DNA of 62,889 bases, the filler included, from Octopus bimaculoides (lineage: Eukaryota): assembly GCF_001194135.2 (NCBI RefSeq). It is 8 parts of 7 records of this genome, joined end to end, with 100 filler letters (N's around TTAATTAATTAA, not from the genome) between each part and the next. Parts side by side here need not be neighbours in the genome. Positions count along the whole stretch, not along the records: positions 50,043 to 55,277 come from NC_068990.1; positions 55,378 to 57,512 come from NC_068985.1; positions 57,613 to 62,889 come from NC_068994.1; 5 more parts are not named here. The stretch is one strand, 5' to 3'. The position numbers and the translations under genes are program-made. Below, one piece after another: positions 52,004 to 62,889 of the stretch. The number at the start of each line of letters is the position of its first letter. The first letter of the stretch is position 1. Below the pieces are notes generated by a model that worked only from the letters and a program-made list of their open reading frames with translations, had not been told where the DNA came from and did no database searches.

Positions 52004-53974
52004 GATTGTTTAAACACACGCATATATTAAAATAAATGGCATTTAATATGCTTGGTGTTTGCAATATCATCACGGACATTTATTACAAACTTACTAATCG
52101 GCTGCAAAGTTTTATTTTATGAATATCAATTTCTATACGATTAGCCATCGTCATCTTGGTTTCTCGTGAGATCTGTTAATTGCTACTTGATATTTGCACT
52201 ATACATTTCCAAGGGAATTTCTGTAACAAAATTTACGACATGTCTGTACAAATAGTTGCTCCCCTGTGTTAGGATAATTTTTCCTATTGAAATATTTGTT
52301 TCTGCAAATGGCAGACATAATATTCAAAGGAGCCTGTAGTGTAGATTATTGATTTAAAAACATTATTTTTCTTGTGATTCAGTATACTGCGTTAAAGAGT
52401 CGAGATGGGTTCACTTAGGAAGGAATTCATTCATCTGTGCATTAAGACCAATTGCGTTACACGATTTCCAAATGCAACTTAATTAAGGGTTTCTGTATAG
52501 CAATCGTCGTTCTATTTTTGAATTCATTTGCTGGTCTACTTTGCATTGCACAACGATGCTGCCATTTACAACTAACTGCAGTAATTTCAGATCCTTCACA
52601 AAGATATTTATCTGTACATTAATTATCATAGCGCGAATTCCTTAATTGTTTTCATCTCTGCTTGTTGATTCCCAGTGTGGTGTTTATAAATCTGTATATT
52701 TAATCGCTTATTCATCGGTCGGTTCTACAGTTTCACTACATCTGCCTGAGAATTAGCTCACACAAACTAAATAATACGACATAGTTGTTTGTGTTTCTTT
52801 TTCTCTAAAACTTCCATATTATTCTGAATTTGAAATCGTTCAGAATGGTTTTCCTGTACTCCGAAGGTAATAGCAATTTTATATCTGACAAATATGTTCT
52901 TTAATAGTTCTATTTAATAATTAATTTGACGGTTACTTCGTTGTTCTGCTTACGTTTGACATTAGATTCCTATTTCAACTGCTGCTTTGTCATTACTTTT
53001 GTAACATCTTTTTATTCTGGTGATTAAAATATGAAGATATACGGAATTCTAGAAAGAAATATCTCGCAAGTTTTATGCCTGCTAACTATATTTGTAGTTT
53101 ACTTTTCCTCTATGTTTCTTGTAATATACATCTGTACACCTCACAGATGTATATTGCTAATGAATATTTGTACTTGGTGGTGCCGATTATTATTCCTGTT
53201 TATATTGTCGTTATTTTTCATCAAATGTTCTTCGATAATTAAGTTGAATTCGATCCGCAACTTTTCTGAAATGAGTTCTGGTCTGTAGGTTGAATTGAAC
53301 GTCCTGCTTGTTGGTGTTTTTCCCGTTTCTCCTTCTTGCAATGCTTGTAGATGACTTTTCATCTTAGGCTATATTCAGACAGCAGCAATGGCTGCAAACT
53401 TTACTATTTGCATAAAGTTGCCAATTGTGTGTTAATGGATATACATCGCAAATTGTTTGGATTGCGTGCCACTTCTTTGAAAGGCTACATAACTTTTCTA
53501 ATGAGCAGAGACACCGCTTGAGAAAATTTATTAGGCTAAAGTAAGGAAACTTGTTATCATTCAGGTAATTCCTATGAAGTCACTTCCGCATTTTAGACAT
53601 ACATTCCATTAACTTACCGCATTTCCAAACAACTACTAATTTCTCATTCATTTCTAGCTCTCCAAAAGCAGCAGTGTATTCCATTATAATATGGTTCCTT
53701 TTATCCTAACCAACCAACAGTAAAATACTTCTTTATCTTCGTACTTCACTTACTATCATGCTAATGGTACCCAACATAGAATTTCTTCCATGGTGCAGTT
53801 AATAATTTCAGAGGCAATCATAACTATGTAAGACACCTATAATTATACACTACTCCGTTTTTTATGGCTTTTCTGTACCATCTACGTTGGATTTGGTACA
53901 GAATCACTAAGGTGCAATTTTATACAGATGTGCATACTCATTATCGCATTATTATTATCATTATTATAATTATT

Positions 53975-54265
53975 GCCTTTGCACAGCTTCTAACGCTCGA
54001 GATGTAATACAGAGCCAGTTGTTCACCACCAGTGAACTAAGGTAACACTTCTAATTTTTCGAACACCTTCCGGAGTATTCGAGCGGTTCCAAGCAGTGGT
54101 GTTTTCTGCAAGTGCTCCACCCTTATTGCAGCCCCTATTTGTTCCACGTACTTCTCGAGATTGTTCTCACTGTTCCCAGGGCTCCGACAATTATTGATAC
54201 TACTACTACTTTTTCATCGACCACAACTGCTTAACTTCCCAAGCTAACCCGTCATATCTCTCTAC
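53975..54265 (-). mobile_element. R4/Dong-like 3' end, family 1
   Basis: ERYDGLAWEVKQLWSMKKVVVVSIIVGALGTV..LQKTPLLGTARILRKVFEK (one frameshift), followed by a TAA-type tail. Confidence 0.8.
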
Positions 54266-54308
54266 TCTTCTTCTTCTTCTTCTTCTTCTTCTTCTTCTTC
54301 TTCTTCTT

Positions 54309-54400
<92 letters not shown>

Positions 54401-54906
54401 CATTTTTCTTTATCACAGGTTTTGTTGGAGCACCTGGAGTCTTGCATGCGTAGCGGACTTGCTACCTGCAGGCTACGGAACCATGCTATTCGTTCTTTTC
54501 AACTATCTGATACTTTCCTCATTATTCTGGCCGTGCCAAGGAGGCAAACCTTTTGTAACACCTCTACTGGGCACTCTATTCCAATTTCCTTTATATCCCT
54601 CTTGATGCCTTCTGATACTGTTCCCAAAGACTCAACAATAATTTGCACTATCTTCACCTTCTTCATTTTCTATAGCCGAGATAATTCGTTCTTAAGAGGG
54701 GTTGTATCTCTCTAGCTTTTCGCTTTCCTTCTTGACTATTCAAGGGTCAAAAAGGCATGTAACGTCAACTATATAGCATGTGTGGTACACCTTGTCCACC
54801 ACTAGGTCCGGTCTGTTATGCTCTAGCACCTGATCTGTTCGGATAGGGAAATCTCAGAGGACTTTGCTAGTCTCCGACTCCGCCACTCTCTGAGGTTTGT
54901 GCTCAG
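54401..54906 (-). mobile_element. R4/Dong-like 3' end, family 2
   Basis: VL*DFPIRTDQVLEHNRPDLVVDK..CYIVDV (RLE motif)..IIVESLGTV..LQKVCLLGTARIMRKV*, then (TAA)n. Confidence 0.82.
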
Positions 54907-54926
54907 TTATTATTATTATTATTATT

Positions 54927-55666
54927 CAGTAGTTTTATTTTTATAACGTGCTTTCACTTCACTACTGAGCGCAGCTCAGTGCGCCTTGGGTATGTGCTGT
55001 GGTTTGCTGTGGTGCTCTTATGTTTACTGTATTGAAAGTGTTTTGCGTAGAATGTGTGCAGTACTCAGTAGTGCAATTTTCTGTATGTTATATATATTTG
55101 TAAGTCCTGCTATTTTTGTTATGTATTTGTCTGAATATTTTTTTATTATACCTAAGGCACCTACTATGATAGGAATTGTTTCTGTTTTTAGATTCCACAT
55201 TCGAGTTATCTCTATTTCCAGGTCTTTGTATTTTGAAAGTTTTTCCATTTCTTTTAGAGAAACGTTGTCATCTGCTGNNNNNNNNNNNNNNNNNNNNNNN
55301 NNNNNNNNNNNNNNNNNNNNNTTAATTAATTAANNNNNNNNNNNNNNNNNNNNNNNNNNNNNNNNNNNNNNNNNNNNTATATTTGTTTTGCCTTCCTTTT
55401 CATTCATATGTTTGTCTGTGGTGTTCTGGATTGGTGCTTTTTGTACACTATTATACATCTCTACGGTCTGGGTTTGTTGTTTTTTGTTTACTTCGTTTTT
55501 GCCGGGCATGTTACGTTTGTCCTCGTGTTTTGCTATCTCAGTGTTTATATTATTATTTGGCATTGCTGTGTGACTACTATCTAGATTTTCCTGATGTATT
55601 TTTTCTTTCAATTGCTCTATTTCTATTTCTGATATTTTTTTTGCTTTTAGAATATATCTTCTTTTA

Positions 55667-55670
<4 letters not shown>
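54927..55670 (-). mobile_element. R4/Dong-like element, family 3: 3' end at 54927-55277, probable 5' ORF part at 55378-55670 across a scaffold join
   Basis: EKLSKYKDLEIEITRMW..IIVGALG..LRKTLSIQ* plus (TAA)n. The 5' part RRYILKAKKISEIEIEQLKEKI resembles R4-clade N-termini (lower certainty). Confidence 0.75.
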
Positions 55671-55722
<52 letters not shown>

Positions 55723-55724
<2 letters not shown>

Positions 55725-57180
55725 AGAGAAAGTATTTAATTTTATTGTTATACCTTGCATTTTTTAGTGCTGTATTATACTTATCCTTGTGCTTATCAAA
55801 AATCTCTTCATTTGAGGAGAGATTTGAGATTCTTTTGCTTATATTTCTTAAAAGGGCTCTTTTTATTTGTTGGGGATGGTTACTGAAATTATTTATATAC
55901 CTTAAGTTGGAGTTCTGTTTCATATACAGTTCATGCAGTTTGGTGTTCAAGTTACAGTTTACATCTAAGTAGTTAATTGAGTAATTTTCATTTTCTATAG
56001 TAATAGAGATGCCAAATCTACTGAAGAACTTGTGTAGTCATTTCTTTTATAATTCTAGGCGTCCATTCGAGTGATTTCTAACTATAAAGAGTGCATCGTC
56101 CCTATACAGACCTCCTCTTAATTCTGGGAATTCTTTGTTTATGTTGTCTAAAAAGGTAGATTTCTACTAAGTTAGTCGCTTCCACTGAATCTGGCAAGCC
56201 CATTGTGATATCAAATAGATTAGGTGTATCATTTCTTGCCCATAGTTTGTTGTCGAATTCGATAACAATTTTTCAGGCATTGAATACAACATTTATTTCC
56301 ATCATGCTTAAACTAGTGAATTTCCTGGTGAAAATAAGAGCACTGTTTAAAATAGTAAGGTTAATTGAAGAGTAATAGTTTTGTATGTCTATTTGTAAAA
56401 ATTTCTGATTATTTTTACTTTGAATGTTGGAGAACCAGTTTAATGCACCTTGAGTGTTACTCCATAGTTTGAGATTGATTTTTTTTTTTAGTGTTGGTAG
56501 GTATTTATCCAAGATTATTTTACTTAGTTTACCTATGTGTGATTTATTAGGGCATATTAATCTAACTTGTGTTTTATTTAAGAAGTTAACCTTATGGTCC
56601 TTAATTGTAATACTGGGTCTAATTGGTGTAAATGGCTCTGTCTTATCTCCTAAAAATCCAACATAATATTCTTGGCTTCTAGATTTATTTTCTTAAGTGT
56701 GTTATTAGGGACTATCTTATACTTTTTTGTAATTTTCCTATGGATGAGTTCATGGTAGATATTTGGGTCAATGTTATAGATGTTCCTAGTTTTATCTTAG
56801 TGTGTTACAATTCCATTTTTAGTGTCCAGATTACGAATCAGGTCCTTCAGCTTCCTCTGGTATGGGTTAAGCTTGAGGGGGTGGTTCTTAAATTTAATGT
56901 TCTTAATAGTATTCCATAGTTCTTGTTCAAAATCATCTAGGTACTTGTTGGTTGGTGGAGTTTTTCTAGACTTCAATATATGCTTGGTGAGTTCAATTAT
57001 TTCCATGATACTGGTACTTGAAGTGTTTGTAGTGTTATAAATGCTAGAATCCAACTGTGATAGTTTCCTTTCGATGTGGTATATTTTCCATCAAAGTCAT
57101 TAATTCCAAAAATCAGTTCCTTGAGATAAGAGTCTTTAGGTGGGATAGGAATGTCTTTCAACAGTGAGTCTATTTTTATC
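55723..57180 (-). mobile_element. Decayed Penelope-like element ORF (N-terminus, RT, thumb)
   Basis: KTPPTNKYLDDFEQELWNTIKNIKF..NPYQRKL; LWSNTQGALNWFSNI..FLQIDIQNYYSSI; YINNFSNHPQQIKRALLRNISKRISNLSSNEEIF..YNTALK. Confidence 0.85.
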
Positions 57181-57187
57181 AACAGGA

Positions 57188-57512
57188 AACAACTTCTATC
57201 TCATTCCAGGGTGAAAAACTAGAGGTAGTCGATAGCTTCCGCTATCTGGGCGACCAAGTTAGTAGTGGGGGTGGGTGCGCTGAAAGTGTAGCTGCTAGAA
57301 TAAGAATAGCCTGGGCAAAGTTTAGAGAGCTCTTACCCCTGCTGGCGACAAAGGGACTCTCACTCAGAGTAAAAGGCAGACTGTATGACGCATGCGTACG
57401 AACAATCATGCTACATGGCAGTGAAACATGGGCTGTAACTGCTGAGGACATACGTAAGCTCGCAAGGAATGAAGCCAGTATGCTCCGTTGGATGTGTAAT
57501 GTCAATGTGAAT
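57188..57512 (+). mobile_element. RTE-clade LINE RT/thumb fragment (open frame, ends at gap)
   Basis: EKLEVVDSFRYLGDQVSSGGGCAESVAARIRIAWAKFRELLPLL..KGRLYDACVRTIMLHGSETW..NEASMLRWMC. Confidence 0.9.
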
Positions 57513-57816
57513 NNNNNNNNNNNNNNNNNNNNNNNNNNNNNNNNNNNNNNNNNNNNTTAATTAATTAANNNNNNNNNNNNNNNNNNNNNNNNNNNNNNNN
57601 NNNNNNNNNNNNAATTATGTGTATTTCTTCTATCTTAATGAATAAAAATTCTTCTGATAGAATAAATGGGTTAATAGAAACCAATGTAGCAAAGAACACA
57701 AAATAACTGTGGTTAGCTCCTGTTTTTAAGGCAGGAACTCCTTGAAATTTTGGGTATTTGAGTATATTTAAGAATTTAAGGATTGGAGAAAACGCATGTT
57801 ATAATTGCATACTTTA

Positions 57817-57901
57817 TTCCTACATATGTTTCAAAGGATTACAACCTGTGTGATCCATAGGGATCTTTGATATTAAAATTGTAACCTTCTCATCAGGGAA
57901 A
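57817..57901 (-). ncRNA. Minimal type-I hammerhead ribozyme
   Basis: Minus strand: TTCC-CTGATGA-GAAGGTTACAA...TTGTAATCCTTT-GAAAC-ATAT-GTA-GGAA; palindromic ACATATGT, as in the 1131 copy. Confidence 0.82.
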
Positions 57902-58233
57902 GCATGGGAATCATCTTAAACGTAAGACATTATGTGTCTATTAAGACCAAAATGTCCTCAAAGAAAAAATTTACATGTGATCTTCTTCTAGCTCATTAGC
58001 AGTCCACTTAGTGGGCTCTTTTATATATACATATACAATAATCCTTTGAGATCTCAGATATTTTTTTCTGAATCTCCTGATTCTTTTAATGTGCTAGTTC
58101 CCTGGTATTAAACTGATATCAATTAATATCCAATTTTTTTACCCTACTATTTTGTCTGTATATACACACACACAGATAAACACACATATATATATCTATA
58201 TTGCATGTGTGTATCCATACACATTTTGTGTAT

Positions 58234-58270
<37 letters not shown>

Positions 58271-58615
58271 CTGTGCATGTGTATATGTGTGTAAGTGTAT
58301 TTGTTGTGTATTATCTCAACATCATTTGGTATATCATACAAAAACACGTTGTTCATCTCCAGCTCTCTGTGAAAAATGTACCCCCGCCATGTAAAAAATA
58401 TTACTTTGCTTCAAAACGAAGGTTGGTGACAGAAAGAGCATCCAGCCGTAAAAGAAAAAAATATCTGTCTGAAGAAATTCCATCTGACTCATGCAAGCAT
58501 TGAAAAATGGACGTTACATGAATAAGATGATGCATAAGCTACCAATAAACTGTGAAAATGAATATTGAACAATGCATTATTAGATAAATATTAATATTTG
58601 CTTTATTTGTGGATT

Positions 58616-59038
58616 GGCAGAATTCTGTTTTAAACCCCCACCACCACCAACCCCCTCATAACTTTTATATTTTTTGGGGAATTTTCTGAAAACTTTTGTG
58701 AATTCGTGTTCAACACACGGGAATTCATGCGACTATGAAAAAACTTTTTATTTAATTTTTCGAATTAAAGAATTTTTAAAAAATCACAATTTACAATACA
58801 GTCAGAAGCTTTGGCTTCAATCTCAGCAATAGACCATTAAATGTGTTTATGGGGAGAAAGATATTGAAAAATATCGATATGTCAGAGTGGCATACAAACG
58901 AGGAAGGTATCAGGTGGTCGTGAGATGTTCTAAAAATAACAGCTAAATAGCCTTTAAGTCACACAAAAAATATTTTGCAAAACAATTTTTTTTAATGTTA
59001 TGATGGGTTATATGGGGTACTTAAAGCAAAATTCCGCC
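58616..59038. mobile_element. Non-autonomous TIR element; inverted second copy at 61945-62433
   Basis: TIR consensus about GGCGGAATTCTGCTTTAAGCACCCC; interiors align in opposite orientation; no clear TSD. Confidence 0.7.
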
Positions 59039-59540
59039 TGTTGGTTTTTGCAACTAGCTAATTTTTCAAACATTACAGTTCGAAATTTTCTAGTGTTAAA
59101 CAAGTTGATGGTAAGCGGTGTCCATTTGAGATTTCACAAGATTTTAAACGTTATTGATAACCGATGCCGCAAAACTGAAATAAGAAATACACAGATAAGG
59201 GGAGATAAATAGTCAGGTTTGGCAGTTGTTATTTCCCTTCCATTATATTGATTTTTAAAGAGGTGGGGGGATGTTCGCGCATTTCCCGTATTATTGGTGC
59301 AGGTTATGTTGCATCTGACAGACACACACACACACACATCTATGACTGTCCCCAGACATACACACACATACATTTACGCCTGTCTTCACACACACACACA
59401 GATTTATGTCTGTCTTCACACACTTCCAACATTAAAATTTTATTGAACATTTTTATATTTTTGAACCAAAACTGTACAAAATTTGTTTGTGTGTGTTTTA
59501 TTTGCTGTATCTGAAGGACCTAGCCATGACCATCACCTTT

Positions 59541-59935
59541 GTAGACGCGTGGCTAAGTGGCTCGAGTATTCAGCTTGTGATATTCTGGTTATGAGTTCGA
59601 TACTAAGTTAGACATTGTGTCCTTGAGCAAGACACTTTATTTCACATTGCTCCAGTCCACTCAGCTGGTGAAAGGGATTCGTACCTGTATTTCAAAGGGG
59701 CCAGCCTTGTCATATTCTGTGTCATGCTGAATCTCCCTGAGAACTACTTTAAGGGTTTGCATGTCTGTGTGTTACTCAGCGACTTGCACCTTAATTTCAC
59801 NNNNNNNNNNCTGAATCTCCCTGAGAACTACTTTAAGGGTTTGCATGTCTGTGTGTTACTCAGCGACTTGCACCTTAATTTCACAAGCAGGCTGTTCCGT
59901 TGATCGGATCAACTGGATCTCTCATCATTGTAACT
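59541..59935 (+). mobile_element. tRNA-derived SINE family C (CORE-like middle, long tail)
   Basis: Tail CTGAATCTCCCTGAGAACTAC..CACTTGCACCTTAATTTCAC..GATCGGATCAACTGG matches 62581-62889. Confidence 0.8.
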
Positions 59936-59991
59936 GAGAGAAAGGACATAGAATAAGAACAATAATAAATTTGAAGAGAAGAACAAATGTA

Positions 59992-60035
<44 letters not shown>

Positions 60036-60663
60036 NNNNNNNNNNNNNNNNNNNNNNNNNNNNNNNNAAAAAAAAAAAAAAAAAATGAAATGATCACCCA
60101 GAAATATAACAATATCTGTTTTAACATAATTTCAAATCAGGAATTTTGCAAAACAAATGCGTAAACATAACACACACACAAACACGTTCCTCCGCGTTCA
60201 CCAACCCACCTCGTTTAGGCTTAGCAGCCCTTCCTGTTTATGTTCACTGTCCTGCTTTTGTAATCTTTCATCCCATATCCTGTGACCTCTTCAGAGACTC
60301 TCCGTCACCTCTATCTCCTCCTGTTCTCTTTGTTCTTGGTACTTCAATCTCTTTGGCAGATGTCAAACATGGTCAAATTTCGAGAGGACTATATGTAGGA
60401 CCTCTTAAAGAACACTTGATTAAATAGGCTGTATAAATAATATTAAGGCTAATAATCAAGGTGAATCTCATTATGTTGAAGTTATTGCAGTTAAAAGTTG
60501 CAATATTCCCGATGAGTTACAATGGCTCAAAACGTAATACAGTCAAGAGAGGAATAACTAAATCCATACCAGTCAGTCCCAGACTAACATCTTATAGCTA
60601 GTATTTAATAGAAAATCAGGTTAAGATCACACAAGTACATTCAGTCAGCTAAGGGAATGATAA

Positions 60664-60752
60664 GATTCATCTGACGAAAACGGTTTCTTTATAATGATGT
60701 AATGTTTTCACTAATCAATTAAAGGAGTAGTTAGAAACGGACGTAATGGATT
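60664..60752 (+). ncRNA. Minimal type-I hammerhead ribozyme
   Basis: Stem I GATTCAT/ATGGATT; CTGACGA; stem II AAC..TTTCTTTA / TAAAGGAG..GTT (base mismatched); GAAAC-GGAC-GTA. Confidence 0.65.
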
Positions 60753-60759
60753 GACGCCT

Positions 60760-60910
60760 GTGTAGGCGTATTGCTCCCCTTCACAGGGGTAAACAAGCGG
60801 GCTACACAGAGATGAGGTCACGTGTCTGAACCTCAATGTTGTGTAGCGGCATCTCTCTGTGTAGTCAGCTTGTTTACCCCTGTCAACGTGGGGTGGTAAT
60901 ACGCCTACAC
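60760..60910. other. 151-nt near-perfect hairpin
   Basis: GTGTAGGCGTATTGC..ACAGGGGTAAACAAGC..CTACACAGAGA pairs with TCTCTGTGTAG..GCTTGTTTACCCCTGT..GTAATACGCCTACAC. Confidence 0.8.
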
Positions 60911-62580
60911 CTGTTGTTGTTGGCACTCCGTCGCTTACGACGTCGAAGGTTCCAGTTGATCCGATCAACTTTTACTCGCATTCATTCTCCACGTTCAGCA
61001 GTCTTTCATAATAGCATTTCCAAGCCCCCCCCCCCTTTCTTTGCAGAATCATTAAAAGATGTATATGTTTATATGTTATATATGAAAATACAAATTCTGA
61101 TTTAAACAGCTGGATCTAATGGTCAACATACGCTGCATGAGTATATCATTCGGCTGGTACCTATGTACTAAGTTTGATATTTACGTAATATTGCTGTGTT
61201 ATTCCCACCTAACAAGGGGCTTCGGTTTAAGTACTTAATTCAACTGAATCTTACTTATATTTTTATATACATTTATTATGATCTCATTTCTTTTTTCATT
61301 CTGCATTTTGTAATGAGCAAAGAAAAAATAAAGAAAAAGAGCAACAAGTAAAATAGAAACACAGAAAGAAGCATTAGAAATCTAGGTACATTTTGCCGTT
61401 TTCGTTTGACACTTTCCATCTTTAATCGTTTCTAAATGTTAGTATAATAGGAAACAACCTCTTATTTCTTTCTACTCCCCAATTAATATTTTACTTCCTT
61501 GAATCCGAAAGTAGGAAAAATCAAGTTGAGTTTATAGACATTTAAACTTAGTCCGCTTCTCTTGCGATTTTGCCAGTACCCATCACAACTAATTTAATTT
61601 AGAGATGATTAAAAGTACCTTATCATATTTAACTTTTGACAATTCTTTGCTTATAATTTACGATTGTTAGTTAAGGAAATAGGTATTAGCTTCGTATTAC
61701 AATAGTTTCACTTTAATTTTTCCGTATAAACGTAACAAGGAACGGTCTTAATTGGAAATCGTCACTGACACTATTAAACCGCATCGTCTGCCCCAAAGAT
61801 CGGAAGTTAATTATTTCCTATTGAAATTACAGTTTGGTAAATAGAAACTTTTAATGTTTGCGATAAATACATTTTCAATAATTGTGAACTGTTTATGAAA
61901 TGGGCGGAAGTCCGAAATAGGTCGCCCACATAAATTGGATTTTCGGCCAGAATTCTACTTTAAGCACCCCATAACTTAAAAAAAAATTTTTTTGAATTTT
62001 CAGAAAATGTTTGCGAATTTGTGCTCTGCACATGAGGATTCATACGATGCTGAAAGAAAAACTTTTGTGTGTGATTTAAGGTCTATTTAGCTGTTATTTT
62101 TAGCACTTTTCACTACCACCTCCTACCCTCTTGGTTTGTTACTGACGTATTAATGTTTTTTCAATATCTTTCTCCTCATAAACACACTTAATGGTCTGTT
62201 GCTGAGCTTAAAGCCAAAAATTTGAATTCTCCGTATTTTAAACTGTGATTTTAAAAAAATTCCAAAGATTGAAAAAAATTTTCTTCATATCGAAAAATTG
62301 AAAAACGTTTTTTTTTTCGTATTTGTGTGAACTTCCGTGTGCAGAATACAAATTCGCAAAAATTCTCTGAAAATTCCAAAGCATTAAAAAAGTTGTAAGG
62401 GGTTATATGGAATGCTTAAAGCAGAATTCCGCCGGATTTTCTCCGTTTTCGCTGGAATTTTTCACATTTTTTTTCTCTTCATCATGCGCTTCAAATTGAT
62501 GTTTGTATGTTGCAAAGCCTAACTTCTGAAATGAATTTAAATTTTCGTAGTTTCATTAGTTACTTGGTGTGACTTCTTAA

Positions 62581-62889
62581 GTGGAGGCGCAATGGCCCAG
62601 TGGTTAGGGCAGCGGACTCGCGGTTTCGATTCCCAGACCGGGCGTTGTGAGTGTTTATTGAGCGAAAACACCTAAAGTTCCACCAGGCTCTGGCAGGGGA
62701 TGGTGGCGAACCCTGCTGTACTCTTCCACCACAACTTTCTCTCACTCTTACTTCCTGTTTCTGTTGTGCCTGTAATTCAAAGGGTCAGCCTTGTCACACT
62801 CTGTGTCACGCTGAATATCCCCGAGAACTACGTTAAGGGTACACGTGTCTGTGGAGTACTCAGACACTTGCACGTTAATTTCACGACCA
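62581..62889 (+). mobile_element. tRNA-derived SINE family C, running off the window end
   Basis: A box TGGCCCAGTGG (62593-62603), B box GGTTTCGATTCCC (62622-62634), family tail. Confidence 0.88.

Noticed and set aside
52100-53400. Possible very old LINE ORF1/APE remnant on the minus strand
   Set aside because: Only a faint APE-like start (..CNAIGLNAQMNEF..); too decayed to support by eye.
62581-62640. tRNA gene
   Set aside because: A and B boxes are present, but there is no cloverleaf and it continues into a SINE body.

Overview
AT-rich, gap-ridden, microsatellite-dense eukaryotic draft-genome window. The SINE families and RTE/CR1/R4/Penelope content point to an octopus or other cephalopod (inference from recalled repeat families). 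Almost all listed ORFs are microsatellite or N-gap artefacts, and no intact, identifiable host gene is visible. Supportable content: (i) decayed Penelope-like elements (PLEs) plus at least 7 well-formed and several degenerate minimal type-I hammerhead ribozymes (HHRs), each with different stem sequences; (ii) a 358-bp retrozyme-like unit at 16.6-17.1 kb whose hammerhead has a non-canonical core with a compensated U3-A8 pair (UUGGUAA), the top candidate; (iii) a nest of three R4/Dong-type retrotransposon 3' ends in TAA repeats; (iv) CR1 and RTE LINE fragments, one with tandem C2H2 fingers; (v) a full-length decayed Tigger/pogo transposon and several MITEs; (vi) three main tRNA-derived SINE families, including a head-to-tail array; (vii) a visibly CpG-depleted domain (about 20.8-35.6 kb) containing three phase-compatible candidate minus-strand exons of an unidentified gene. 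All alignments and folds were done by eye.
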